Shown here one piece after another: positions 49,011 to 57,512 of a stretch of 64,000 bases of DNA. A program made the position numbers and the translations under genes. The DNA is from a virus (lineage: Duplodnaviria; Caudoviricetes). Every line of letters begins with the position of its first letter. Within the stretch, counting starts at the first letter, position 1. The notes below the pieces were generated by a model. That model did not search any database. It had not been told where the DNA came from and saw only the letters and a program-made list of their open reading frames with translations. The stretch is taken from positions 49,977-113,976 of IMG/VR virus record IMGVR_UViG_3300029288_000097; one strand, written 5' to 3'.

Positions 49011-49169
49011 CTAATCTATTGCATGTTCAGGCAATCCCACTTCGTACTCATTCCCACAAGATGCACATGTAACTATCTGACTTGAGGGATATGCTATCAT
49101 CTTATTAAGTGTTTCACAATTCGGGCATTCCCACTCATAGCCGGATGCTATAATATCTACACTTTCCAT
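49011..49169 (-). CDS. 52-aa zinc-ribbon protein (not in the ORF track)
   Basis: MESVDIIASGYEWECPNC...CASCG; CTTGGAGG RBS; box 49232-49247 is 23 bp from TATACT. Confidence 0.7.
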   Translation of the reverse strand: MESVDIIASGYEWECPNCETLNKMIAYPSSQIVTCASCGNEYEVGLPEHAID

Positions 49170-49332
49170 GCGTTACCTCCAAGCAAATTGATTATATACT
49201 TAAGTATACAGCATAAAACGCGCCTTTTGAACTGGTAAAAATACCTGTTTATTTCACCCTGGTAAATGTACCAGCTGGTACACATTTTCACAAAGCCAAA
49301 ACCTGGTATTTCTACCAGGATCGGCATTCACC

Positions 49333-50187
49333 CTAATGATGAGCTGATATTGATATACGACTTTGCGGGTCTTTCATATCCGGGTCATAGTTTATCGCTA
49401 TGGCACCTGCGTACAACCATCTTGACGTATCCTGCAAATGCCAATTCCATGACACATCGGGCTTGAACTCTGGACTGTTGTCATTCACATTAAAGAATGC
49501 CGTTGACTGTCGGGCTTGATCCGACACCCGATCAAAACGACCAAAGCCGAAACCCAGTTTTGTTACAGGCACGTCTACCCATTCCTTATGATCTTCATTA
49601 TCGGCATCCTTAAGCTGTACCCGTTTTGACCTAAGCCGAAGATACCCAAGAATGGTATCACGTTCCCGGTTGTACCAATCTTGAAGCTTGAGCACATGAG
49701 GCTGTATTGTATTCCCGGTATGCTCATCATATACCCGGTACTCGAATGCTTCACGCATGTGCTCTGGTATTGAACCTCTAAGCTCATCAAACGATACCAT
49801 GAAACCATCGGCATTATTAAAGTCGGGTATAGGTTGAAAACCTGCCTTTTTTGCTTCATCATGAAGCATTATACCCGCCATATCACCCGAAACCGTATCA
49901 ACAGTAGTTAGTTCAATTCCGGGTTTGACAATAAAGAATACATTCCCTTGATTGTTTATGCCCGTGAAGTAAGACAAAGCCGACCACGGGTCATTTATAA
50001 AGCGATAGTAAGACGATGAGGTTATACTACCCCACTTTGTCACGACAATGACCGTAAGCACGCTCATAGAGTCCATAGACGGCCTGTCATACTCATTGAC
50101 AGACTGCGTTATACGTTCCCGTGCTTCCTCGTCAAATACCGTGCACTCATGCACAGCGTCTAAAAACATATCAGCAATACCTTTCAT
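49333..50187 (-). CDS. cassette gene, hypothetical protein
   Basis: CTTGGAGG RBS before ATG 50187; box 50246-50261. Confidence 0.75.
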   Translation of the reverse strand: MKGIADMFLDAVHECTVFDEEARERITQSVNEYDRPSMDSMSVLTVIVVTKWGSITSSSYYRFINDPWSALSYFTGINNQGNVFFIVKPGIELTTVDTVSGDMAGIMLHDEAKKAGFQPIPDFNNADGFMVSFDELRGSIPEHMREAFEYRVYDEHTGNTIQPHVLKLQDWYNRERDTILGYLRLRSKRVQLKDADNEDHKEWVDVPVTKLGFGFGRFDRVSDQARQSTAFFNVNDNSPEFKPDVSWNWHLQDTSRWLYAGAIAINYDPDMKDPQSRISISAHH

Positions 50188-50190
50188 GCC

Positions 50191-51032
50191 ATACCTCCAA
50201 GCTGAGTATATAATCAATTATCCCGCAAAAAGCACGCCAAGTCACCTGTCAAAAATACCAGTATTTCAATACCTGGTAATTGTACCAGCTGGTACACTTT
50301 AAGGATGAAACCACGACCTGGTAAATATACCAGGCCGCAGTCTTTAGAAGTCGAATGTTAATGTCAACTCATCGGGCTTTACATCGGGGAATGACTCTCG
50401 CAGCAAGTCCGATAAATGAGAATCACTATAACAGCCTTCAGCCGGATCATAGTCCATTATGGCATCAGCCACAAGCCCGCGTACAACCTCTTCATCTTCG
50501 GGCTTAGGATCATAACAACCATCTTCATCTAGTAGAATCTTAATACCCCGTTCTTCGGCCATTTTAGCGACTTCATACCTTGCCCATGCATCATAAGCAC
50601 TACATGCCTGCTCATACTCCCGGCTTGCCCAATCTTCTTCGTCAAGTACAGGATAGTCGTCAAGCTTGTCTATCAGCTCAAGCACTCTTTCCATGGTCTT
50701 GGTTGCTGTAACTCTAACCATGATATGCTCATACCATCCAACAGCCCAATGATTAGTACGCATAATCTGGACTGACTTACCGGATACCCGCCTAAGTTCC
50801 TTGTATGCAGCATCAAAGTTACTTTGTGCGAGCAAGTCAGAATCACGATGTTGACCGAACGGGGCAAAACCCCAAACGGTCAAGTCAAGATCACCCCAGT
50901 ACATAAAATCTTTTGGGCGTTTCAGCATACCCTCTTTTAACTCTGTAAGGTTCATGACCTATACCTCCAAGCTGAGTATATAATCAATTATCCCGCAAAA
51001 AGCACGCCATGTCACCTGTCAAAAATACCAGT
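50191..51032. repeat. 72-bp direct repeat (box, promoter, RBS) at 50191-50262 and 50961-51032
   Basis: Identical except one base; the two copies flank gene 50344-50955. Confidence 0.9.
50344..50955 (-). CDS. cassette gene, phage hypothetical protein
   Basis: RDSDLLAQSNF, HWAVGWYE, LDDYPVLDEED motifs; CTTGGAGG RBS. Confidence 0.8.
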   Translation of the reverse strand: MNLTELKEGMLKRPKDFMYWGDLDLTVWGFAPFGQHRDSDLLAQSNFDAAYKELRRVSGKSVQIMRTNHWAVGWYEHIMVRVTATKTMERVLELIDKLDDYPVLDEEDWASREYEQACSAYDAWARYEVAKMAEERGIKILLDEDGCYDPKPEDEEVVRGLVADAIMDYDPAEGCYSDSHLSDLLRESFPDVKPDELTLTFDF

Positions 51033-51148
51033 TTTTCCAGAGAGCAAAATGTGTACCAGCTGGTACAATTACCAGGTATGAGAAAACCCGGTAATTGTAC
51101 CAGGATTCTCTCTATGCCGCAGCCGCAGTCATGCCGCAGCCGCAGTCA

Positions 51149-51490
51149 CTATTCACCTATACCCCGTTCAATGGCTAATTCAGCTTCACCCTTGTTCCAG
51201 TCCTCTTCTACCCCACTGATAGCCCAATAATCATTGTAAATCATCATATAAGGCTTTCCACGAGTGATCTTAGCCGTACGTAAGTACTGTTGACATTTAT
51301 CTACCATATGCCCGTCTTTGTGCATACGTTTCTTGATAAGCCCAAGATTATACGGTTCCTTGTTCAGAATGCCCTTAAGCCAATACAGGAAACGGGATTC
51401 ACCCCGAGCAAGGTTTACCCCATAAAACTTCGGGTCACCCGGTTCCCTCTTAACCGTCAATCTATCCTCTGTTATTGTGATCTTAGGCAT
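51149..51490 (-). CDS. cassette gene, hypothetical protein
   Basis: Last of a 4-ORF unit; IKKRMHKDGHMVD motif. Confidence 0.7.
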   Translation of the reverse strand: MPKITITEDRLTVKREPGDPKFYGVNLARGESRFLYWLKGILNKEPYNLGLIKKRMHKDGHMVDKCQQYLRTAKITRGKPYMMIYNDYWAISGVEEDWNKGEAELAIERGIGE

Positions 51491-51491
51491 G

Positions 51492-51689
51492 TTACCCAGC
51501 CCTTTCATACAAGTGTGGTTTAGTCCGACAATCATAGACGTATTGACCAGACTTCACAGGCATGGCATTATCCCAGCCGTAAAGCTTCCTCATACCCGTA
51601 AGGTTCCCGTTTGGGCCAAAGTTCGGAAGGCCATGTAACTGTCGTGCAAACGGGTCTTTTGTTGACAGATAACGCATAGGGTACTTCAT
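51492..51689 (-). CDS. cassette gene, hypothetical protein
   Basis: Coupled ORF; PNFGPNGNLTGMRKLYGW. Confidence 0.6.
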   Translation of the reverse strand: MKYPMRYLSTKDPFARQLHGLPNFGPNGNLTGMRKLYGWDNAMPVKSGQYVYDCRTKPHLYERAG

Positions 51690-51973
51690 CTTGCACTTTC
51701 CGGTTTAGAACATCGGGGCAAAAAGAAGTCATACAAAACCGGTCCCATGCCCGTTCGGTTCATCTTATTCTGGATTCCCACAACATCATGGCAAAAATCA
51801 AATTGAGGGAATGACAATAGCCGTTCAAAGTCGAGTGGTATACCATTGCAATGAACCGCTTCCAAGTCCATTGTAAGGCTCAAAGAATCGTCAACAATAT
51901 TGTATTCCCATGCACGTGATACAATCTTCTGTATCAATTCATGCTCTTCACGAGTCGCGTTAAACTCCCACAT
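51686..51973 (-). CDS. DUF6874-like protein
   Basis: SLTMDLEAVHCNGIPLDFERLL.F..FDF.HDV.GI...MNR...FLPRC; GGAGG RBS. Confidence 0.7.
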   Translation of the reverse strand: MWEFNATREEHELIQKIVSRAWEYNIVDDSLSLTMDLEAVHCNGIPLDFERLLSFPQFDFCHDVVGIQNKMNRTGMGPVLYDFFLPRCSKPESAR

Positions 51974-52139
51974 ATTCCGATTCCTCCCGATAACGTATGC
52001 CGTACTTGGCAAGCAAGGCACGCGCTTCATCTTTAGTCATACCTCCCATGATCCTTGCCCCTGCATCACTCATGGCAAGAGTCCGTTTGGCTATCTTGAG
52101 TCGGTGTTTTTCAGGAGTGCTCAAATGACTTTTTCCCAT
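51960..52139 (-). CDS. cassette gene, small basic protein
   Basis: CTTGGAGG RBS before ATG 52139; box 52202-52217. Confidence 0.7.
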   Translation of the reverse strand: MGKSHLSTPEKHRLKIAKRTLAMSDAGARIMGGMTKDEARALLAKYGIRYREESEYVGV

Positions 52140-52312
52140 TGACTTCAACCTCCAAGTTGACCATATACTCAAGTATACAGCATAAACCAAGCCAATGTCA
52201 CCTGTAAAAAATACCAGTTTTCCATAGGCCGGAAACCTGGTAATTGTACCAGCTGGTACACTTTTTATGTGCAGAGAAAACCTGGTAATTGTACCAGGCT
52301 TCCTCGCTGCTG

Positions 52313-53011
52313 CTATCCGTTGGCAAGCCGCAGTTGTCCCGCAGCCTCTTGAGCTTTTGTCAATGCCGCAGCCGCATCACTTACTGCCTTCTCAGCTCTG
52401 CTTACCGCGCCTTCCTTCCAGCGTGGAGCTATACTTTCAGCCGCCGATTCTGCTTCCTGTTTACAAGCATCTATGCCATAAAAACCCCAGCAACTATCGG
52501 AAAGATCATCCATGTCATTCCCATTCTCATCCTTGATTATATAGCCGAATATCTCCCCGTTTGCCCATTGAGAATAGGTTTCCACTTCGGCATTCATACA
52601 CTTGCGGGCTTTTTCCCTTACCGTGCGCGTAGCACGCTTTTTACCCCATTCCTCTATCATTGTGCGATGTTCGCAAAGGATAAAGCCTACTCTTCCCCAA
52701 TCCCAGCCGTGTGAGTCGTATGCTGAAAACCCTGTGGTATTGTAAGCAACACCTGAATGCTCATAACGGAACACGGGAAGAATCTCACAGCCGGGATAGC
52801 ACGCCATGACAGCCTTGTCAAGTTCATCCCAGCCGGAATAGTCCTGCGTAGGAAAGAACGTACCGCCAAGCTCATTCACTCCTATGTGGTTTCTACCCTC
52901 ATAAATGACAAGCTTGCCTGCATTATCCCATTCCCTCGGAGATTCCCCACACTCATCGGGATGAATCTCTATTGTCAGTCCTGCATGTTCGTAAGTCTCA
53001 ATTGCTTCCAT
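52313..53011 (-). CDS. cassette gene, phage hypothetical protein
   Basis: SPREWDN, LPVFRYEHSG, GWDWGRVGF, DSCWGFYG motifs; CTTGGAGG RBS; box 53073-53088. Confidence 0.8.
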   Translation of the reverse strand: MEAIETYEHAGLTIEIHPDECGESPREWDNAGKLVIYEGRNHIGVNELGGTFFPTQDYSGWDELDKAVMACYPGCEILPVFRYEHSGVAYNTTGFSAYDSHGWDWGRVGFILCEHRTMIEEWGKKRATRTVREKARKCMNAEVETYSQWANGEIFGYIIKDENGNDMDDLSDSCWGFYGIDACKQEAESAAESIAPRWKEGAVSRAEKAVSDAAAALTKAQEAAGQLRLANG

Positions 53012-53144
53012 CGTATCCTCCAAGCAAGTTGATTGTATAACTAAGTATATCGCATAAATTGCGCCTTGTGACCTGCTAAAAATACCTGTTTTTTACCGGC
53101 CAAAAACCTGGTAATTGTACCAGCTGGTACACTTTTTGGCTGAA

Positions 53145-53178
53145 AAAATGGCTGAAACTGTCACATTTCAGCCATTTT
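53145..53178 (-). terminator. hairpin after the RuvB-like unit
   Basis: AAAATGGCTGAAA-ctgtcaca-TTTCAGCCATTTT. Confidence 0.6.
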
Positions 53179-53188
53179 CCGTTCACTT

Positions 53189-53449
53189 TTAGTGCTTTAT
53201 GTCAATTTTTGCCAATACAGCCTCAAGCCGGGTTTGGAACTCATCATGCTTGACCCGCTTGGTTTTGTCTGATTGCCAATAGTTCAAATGCTTGCCCGTG
53301 GTCGTGCTCCACACGTTTTCAGAGACCACTGTACCCTCACCCGGCGCGTAGAATCCCACACATGTTTCGTAGGAAAAGTACAGCTCAATTAGCCCTATGG
53401 TCACTTCATACTGAGTCGGTGAATTAACGTTCTTGAGTTTAACTTTCAT
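53189..53449 (-). CDS. phage hypothetical protein
   Basis: YFSYETCV, WSTTTGKHLN motifs; AGGAG RBS. Confidence 0.75.
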   Translation of the reverse strand: MKVKLKNVNSPTQYEVTIGLIELYFSYETCVGFYAPGEGTVVSENVWSTTTGKHLNYWQSDKTKRVKHDEFQTRLEAVLAKIDIKH

Positions 53450-54342
53450 GCTTGTCTCCTTCCTCTACTTGATTGTTTAACTAACACCCTACCTCTGTTA
53501 GTCGTCATGAGTAAACCCATGAAAATAAGATGGCTTTCCATCATCTCGATAATAGGTTTAGATTCTCGAAGTGCACTCGCTATGTTATTAAGGGATAACG
53601 GTCTATCAGCTTCGGCCAATAGATTCAGGTATGCCAAGTCTTTTTGGTCAAGGCCAAGTTCGTTAATACCCCGCATGTCAAAATACTCTTCAGACTTAAT
53701 GCCATAACGTTGTATTGATTCCCCATAACTGATAGCCAAACGGGGCACGCCTTTTGACCGTCTGGCTACATCATGTATAGTCTCATCTGATAACTTTGGA
53801 AAGTTACGTTTGATTATTTCCTCAATATCTTCTACAGGATAAGCCGTCAAGTGGAATTGTAAAGCTAACCGATCCCGTAAGGGTGCACTCATTTTTTCCG
53901 GGTTTGTAGTGCCAAAAAAGTAACATATATCAGGCAACCAATTGATTAAACCATCATCTGGTGAATAGGTATGACCATCCTCGATAGGACGAAGTAAAGC
54001 GTCAGAAGCACTTGCACTGAGGCCATGCGCTTCGTCTATCATGAGCAAGGTTTTCCGGGCATTCTTACCGGCTACACCCTTAGCATCATAGCCTTCGATG
54101 GATAATGACATAAGCAACTTGAATATGTCCGATTCATCCCAATTAGGCTGTGCCACACATTCCCTGAAGTCACAGTTTGGTATCTCACTTGCAAGGGCAC
54201 AAGCCAATGATGTTTTGCCTAAACCGGGGCCACCATATGCCAGAATTGATCTCGGGAAACCCGAAGCTAACTCCATCTCAAGCACTTTTTTCACGACCGA
54301 TTGACCGACATATTCATGCAAGCAAGTTGGACGTTTACTCAA
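53446..54342 (-). CDS. ruvB: RuvB-like AAA+ Holliday junction branch-migration ATPase
   Basis: RP..L.EYVGQ, Walker A GGPGLGKT, Walker B IDEAH, GTTN, PLRDR, RSKGVPRLA, C-terminal winged helix with T.RGR. Confidence 0.8.
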   Translation of the reverse strand: MSKRPTCLHEYVGQSVVKKVLEMELASGFPRSILAYGGPGLGKTSLACALASEIPNCDFRECVAQPNWDESDIFKLLMSLSIEGYDAKGVAGKNARKTLLMIDEAHGLSASASDALLRPIEDGHTYSPDDGLINWLPDICYFFGTTNPEKMSAPLRDRLALQFHLTAYPVEDIEEIIKRNFPKLSDETIHDVARRSKGVPRLAISYGESIQRYGIKSEEYFDMRGINELGLDQKDLAYLNLLAEADRPLSLNNIASALRESKPIIEMMESHLIFMGLLMTTNRGRVLVKQSSRGRRQA

Positions 54343-54421
54343 AATGTATCACCTGCCTTTCCCTCCCATGATGCCATGAAGCATGGTGCATGTCAACAGG
54401 TAAAAGTACGGGGATTCAAAA

Positions 54422-54486
54422 CCCTGGTAATTGTACCAGCTGGTACACATGAACACAATGTGTACCAGCTGGTACAATTACCAGGG
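54422..54486. repeat. perfect 29-bp inverted repeat with 7-nt loop (double palindrome)
   Basis: CCCTGGTAATTGTACCAGCTGGTACACAT-gaacaca-ATGTGTACCAGCTGGTACAATTACCAGGG. Confidence 0.95.
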
Positions 54487-54577
54487 TGCATGTTTCTATG
54501 GGTGTATGTTTATGTGAGGTTCGCAGCAGCCGCAGCTCTCATGACATGTCGCTCGCAGCCTATACCCACTCGCAGCT

Positions 54578-54922
54578 TCAGTCCTTACTCGTTTGGTTTC
54601 GACAGTCCTTACACACGTACTTGAATCCACTCGACTGAAACTTATCACGATGATAGTATTCATCTGTTAATGGTAAAAGCTCCTCGCAGCTCTTACATCG
54701 CCGCAGCTTAGTTCCATCAGGACGTGTCTCAGTGCGTTCGTTGGGTTCCCGCAGGATCACATCAGGTGATGTTGCTAAGATACGGCGTACCATGGTATAT
54801 GACATCTGCAAACCTTTAGCTATTGCTCGCAGCGAATAATGTTGCTCATCATAATAATGGATCACTGCAGCCCGCACTCTATCTTCATCCCACTTCGGGT
54901 ATTTGCCGGATTTAATTGCCAT
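54578..54922 (-). CDS. HTH plus C4 zinc-finger protein (candidate regulator)
   Basis: YSLRAIAKGLQMSYTMVRRIL helix-turn-helix; CKSC...CKDC; box 54958-54973 is 23 bp from TAGACT. Confidence 0.7.
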   Translation of the reverse strand: MAIKSGKYPKWDEDRVRAAVIHYYDEQHYSLRAIAKGLQMSYTMVRRILATSPDVILREPNERTETRPDGTKLRRCKSCEELLPLTDEYYHRDKFQSSGFKYVCKDCRNQTSKD

Positions 54923-54972
54923 ACCCCTAGTCTATCACAACGCTCGCAGCTATGCTACTGGTATAAATACGG

Positions 54973-55195
54973 GTTTTGGCCGTTTGATTCACAGTTTTGG
55001 CCGTTTGATTGGCTACTTGATTCACAGTTTTGGCCGTTTGATTGGCTACTTGATTCATGGGTTTTGGCCGTTTGATTCACGAAAAAATAGGGCATGCCAC
55101 GAAAAAGTGAATCAAGTAGCCAATCAAGTAGCCAATCAAGTAGCCAATCAAGTAGCCAATCAAACGGCCAAGAGCATAAATCATACGGCCAAAAC
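54973..55195. repeat. symmetric inverted iteron-like array (12-mer AATCAARYRGCC, 6 reverse and 6 forward copies); candidate origin or terminus
   Basis: GTTTTGGCCGTTTGATT at 54973, 54994, 55027, 55061; AATCAAGTAGCC x4 at 55110-55157; central GGCATGCC 55091-55098; extra copy at 55450. Confidence 0.9.
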
Positions 55196-55643
55196 GTAAA
55201 TTATGGCGTTCCCAGACCTATATAAAGTCGTACTAAGTCCACTTTGGCCCCCACGTTTATGGCCGTTTGAGAACTTGCATGTTCAAAATAACAAAAGTCC
55301 GTCTTTTGGCCCGCACGATTCCTAGAAAACTGTAAGTTTGGGCGTATTTGGCTAAAACCCACCCACCCCTATAATTACAGAGTCCGCAGCCTAGCATGTC
55401 GCTATAAACCATATAATTTGGCCCCATGATTCACCTATTTTGACCCATGAATCAAGTAGCCAAGAAATCTCCTTATATATAGACACTTTCACGTATAAAA
55501 GACGATACTTACACTTTTATATACCTTAACCCCACACAATCGTGCTCCCTTATACTACTATACTACTTTCTAAAGCAAATATACATATACATATACACCG
55601 CAGTTCTGTGATTATAATTCGCGCTCCGCACAGATTCATACTA

Positions 55644-55673
55644 TTGACGACACATGGGTTTTGATGCTATAAT
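55644..55673 (+). promoter_or_regulatory. sigma70-type promoter
   Basis: TTGACG-18-TATAAT with TG extension. Confidence 0.65.
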
Positions 55674-55710
55674 ACAGTGATTTTCAGATTTTCGCACACA
55701 AGGAGTGAAC

Positions 55711-56943
55711 ATGAAGCCTACTATTCGTTCTCAGCCGGGCATTACGCCTACAGATCATACCCCACTTGCGCTCGCAGCCGTTGCGATCACTCAACTGTAT
55801 CGAGAAGAGCAGGACTGGCGAGCAGTCTACTACAGCATGAAACGTACCGAGTTATTATCTGCAGCTGCTACGGGACAATTCCTACCGCAGCCTACCGACC
55901 TCCAACAAAAACTCAACGACTTAATTGGTGGGGTCAGTGAAGCACACCTATACCTTCCCCGTTACGAGCATGATGAACCGACGCACTACGTCTCCATCAT
56001 TCGTGACCCGGACACACAACTATGGCGACTACGCCACACCAAAGTAAGGGCCGTTGCCGACCGAAAGTCATTTGGTGCCATGATCTACTGGAAACAGATC
56101 ACACCGATACCCGATGTCTGTATTGAACTTACACCCGCGCTCACCCCTGTCATCAAGGGTGCCGGAGCCTATGATGCTTTTGTATCCGCAGTCACAGGCC
56201 ACGACCTTGCCACTCAGCAACAACTTTCGCATTCCATCATCGTATCCAAGCTTTTCGGGGCTACCACTACTCATCGTTCACCTATCTGGTTCTCGAATGC
56301 CAGAAACCAGTTCACTGAAAACTGCACACGGGTATCATTCCTCGTGGACGAGAATACAGACGGCTGGACTCTACCTTTCGCGTTTGGGGCTCCGGCCATC
56401 CGCAAGGGGCTACCATTCTCCACCAAAAAGAATGTCTCCATAATCCACACGGACAAGGGCATATTCCCCTTTACCTCAAAGCTCCTACCAGTAGAACCAC
56501 ATAAACTTGGCGACCTTTCCTTCGTTCTTGAGCAATTACTCATCGCAGCCAGACTCACACCATTCGTAGGTGTCACACTCGACGGCCAGACCGTTCAGCT
56601 CTACACCGCATTCTACTATCTCGACACCGAAACCCCCGAGATCGTCCAGATTGCTAAGGGCAGGCGCATGTCCAATTGTGAGAGCATCCCGGTCATCAAG
56701 CCCTGGCAGAACTACAATGGCTACTGGATACCGACACTGCCTCTCACGGCCATCCTACATTACTACACTCTCCTGGATGACCGGGCTGCACGTGTGATGC
56801 CATACTTCGGTGCATCCAAGATCACATCCTACAACAAAATCTTCGGGCGTTATGGCATGCCGCTCGCAGCAGAGGAACTTGAAAAATTAGACAGCAATAC
56901 CGGTATTATTACCAGTTCCAATATAGTTCAGCCCGAGGTATAA
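55711..56943 (+). CDS. hypothetical protein (about 410 aa) next to the repeat array
   Basis: AAGGAG RBS before ATG 55711; no recognised motif. Confidence 0.7.
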   Translation: MKPTIRSQPGITPTDHTPLALAAVAITQLYREEQDWRAVYYSMKRTELLSAAATGQFLPQPTDLQQKLNDLIGGVSEAHLYLPRYEHDEPTHYVSIIRDPDTQLWRLRHTKVRAVADRKSFGAMIYWKQITPIPDVCIELTPALTPVIKGAGAYDAFVSAVTGHDLATQQQLSHSIIVSKLFGATTTHRSPIWFSNARNQFTENCTRVSFLVDENTDGWTLPFAFGAPAIRKGLPFSTKKNVSIIHTDKGIFPFTSKLLPVEPHKLGDLSFVLEQLLIAARLTPFVGVTLDGQTVQLYTAFYYLDTETPEIVQIAKGRRMSNCESIPVIKPWQNYNGYWIPTLPLTAILHYYTLLDDRAARVMPYFGASKITSYNKIFGRYGMPLAAEELEKLDSNTGIITSSNIVQPEV

Positions 56944-56944
56944 T
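56900..56944 (+). promoter_or_regulatory. box plus promoter
   Basis: CCGGTATTATTACCAG (56900-56915), 23 bp, TATAAT (56939-56944). Confidence 0.75.
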
Positions 56945-56966
56945 GAGCGTATGAAAAGGAGAAACA

Positions 56967-57512
56967 TTGATGCTTAAGGATTTTATTGCAGAGATAGTAA
57001 ACAACAACTCGGATTTCATCAAGAGTCAGATACTACGTGGAGTGGAACTTATCTCCATAAACAAAGATCATGAACTTATACTTGATGAATATATGGATTC
57101 CGCTGAAGAGTTTGCCGGGACCACAATGGAACGGGAAGACACTCTCGAACAGATCATAGACTTCCTGTATTCCAGTGCTGTGTGCAAACGGTTGACCACA
57201 CTTATTGCGCCACAGGTCAAGCTTGCTTTTGAGGCACAAGGTGAGAATGGTGAAGCTTTGTCCTATGTTTTACAGGATGTAGCGGCACAATTGATGGTCA
57301 TGGGCTATACACGAGAAATCATCGAGCTAGTTACTGACCACAATCTCATTGATTATCTGGAAGTAGATGAGCGTGAATATGATGCCTACAGAATGCAGGT
57401 TTCCGTTTTCTTGAAGGCTGTGTATCTGCACAATGCACCAATTCCAACAGCTAAGCTCTACTTTGTTTTACCTACGCCTGAAAGCATCGATACTGATGGG
57501 TGGTGGGTATGA
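56967..57512 (+). CDS. acidic hypothetical protein
   Basis: AAGGAG RBS. Confidence 0.7.
   Translation: MMLKDFIAEIVNNNSDFIKSQILRGVELISINKDHELILDEYMDSAEEFAGTTMEREDTLEQIIDFLYSSAVCKRLTTLIAPQVKLAFEAQGENGEALSYVLQDVAAQLMVMGYTREIIELVTDHNLIDYLEVDEREYDAYRMQVSVFLKAVYLHNAPIPTAKLYFVLPTPESIDTDGWWV

Larger units (their letters stand above)
45292..54973. repeat. dispersed family of CTGGTA-N4-TACCAG boxes (about 30-35 degenerate copies by eye) and 11 copies of the palindrome TGTACCAGCTGGTACA
   Basis: Palindrome at 46631, 46659 (1 mismatch), 47537, 48416, 49267, 50281, 51052, 52245, 53116, 54432, 54461; all intergenic. Confidence 0.95.

Noticed and set aside
46631-54476. CRISPR array made of the palindromic repeats
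   Set aside because: The intervals are 0.8-1.3 kb and contain genes, repeat orientation varies, and no cas genes are present.
45292-54973. Classical integron with attC sites
   Set aside because: No IntI-like recombinase in the window, no RYYYAAC..GTTRRRY ends, and the cassettes carry their own promoters. Only the analogy is kept.
54839-55199. ORFs with QVAN and FWPFD repeats
   Set aside because: These are translations of the DNA repeat array, with no RBS.
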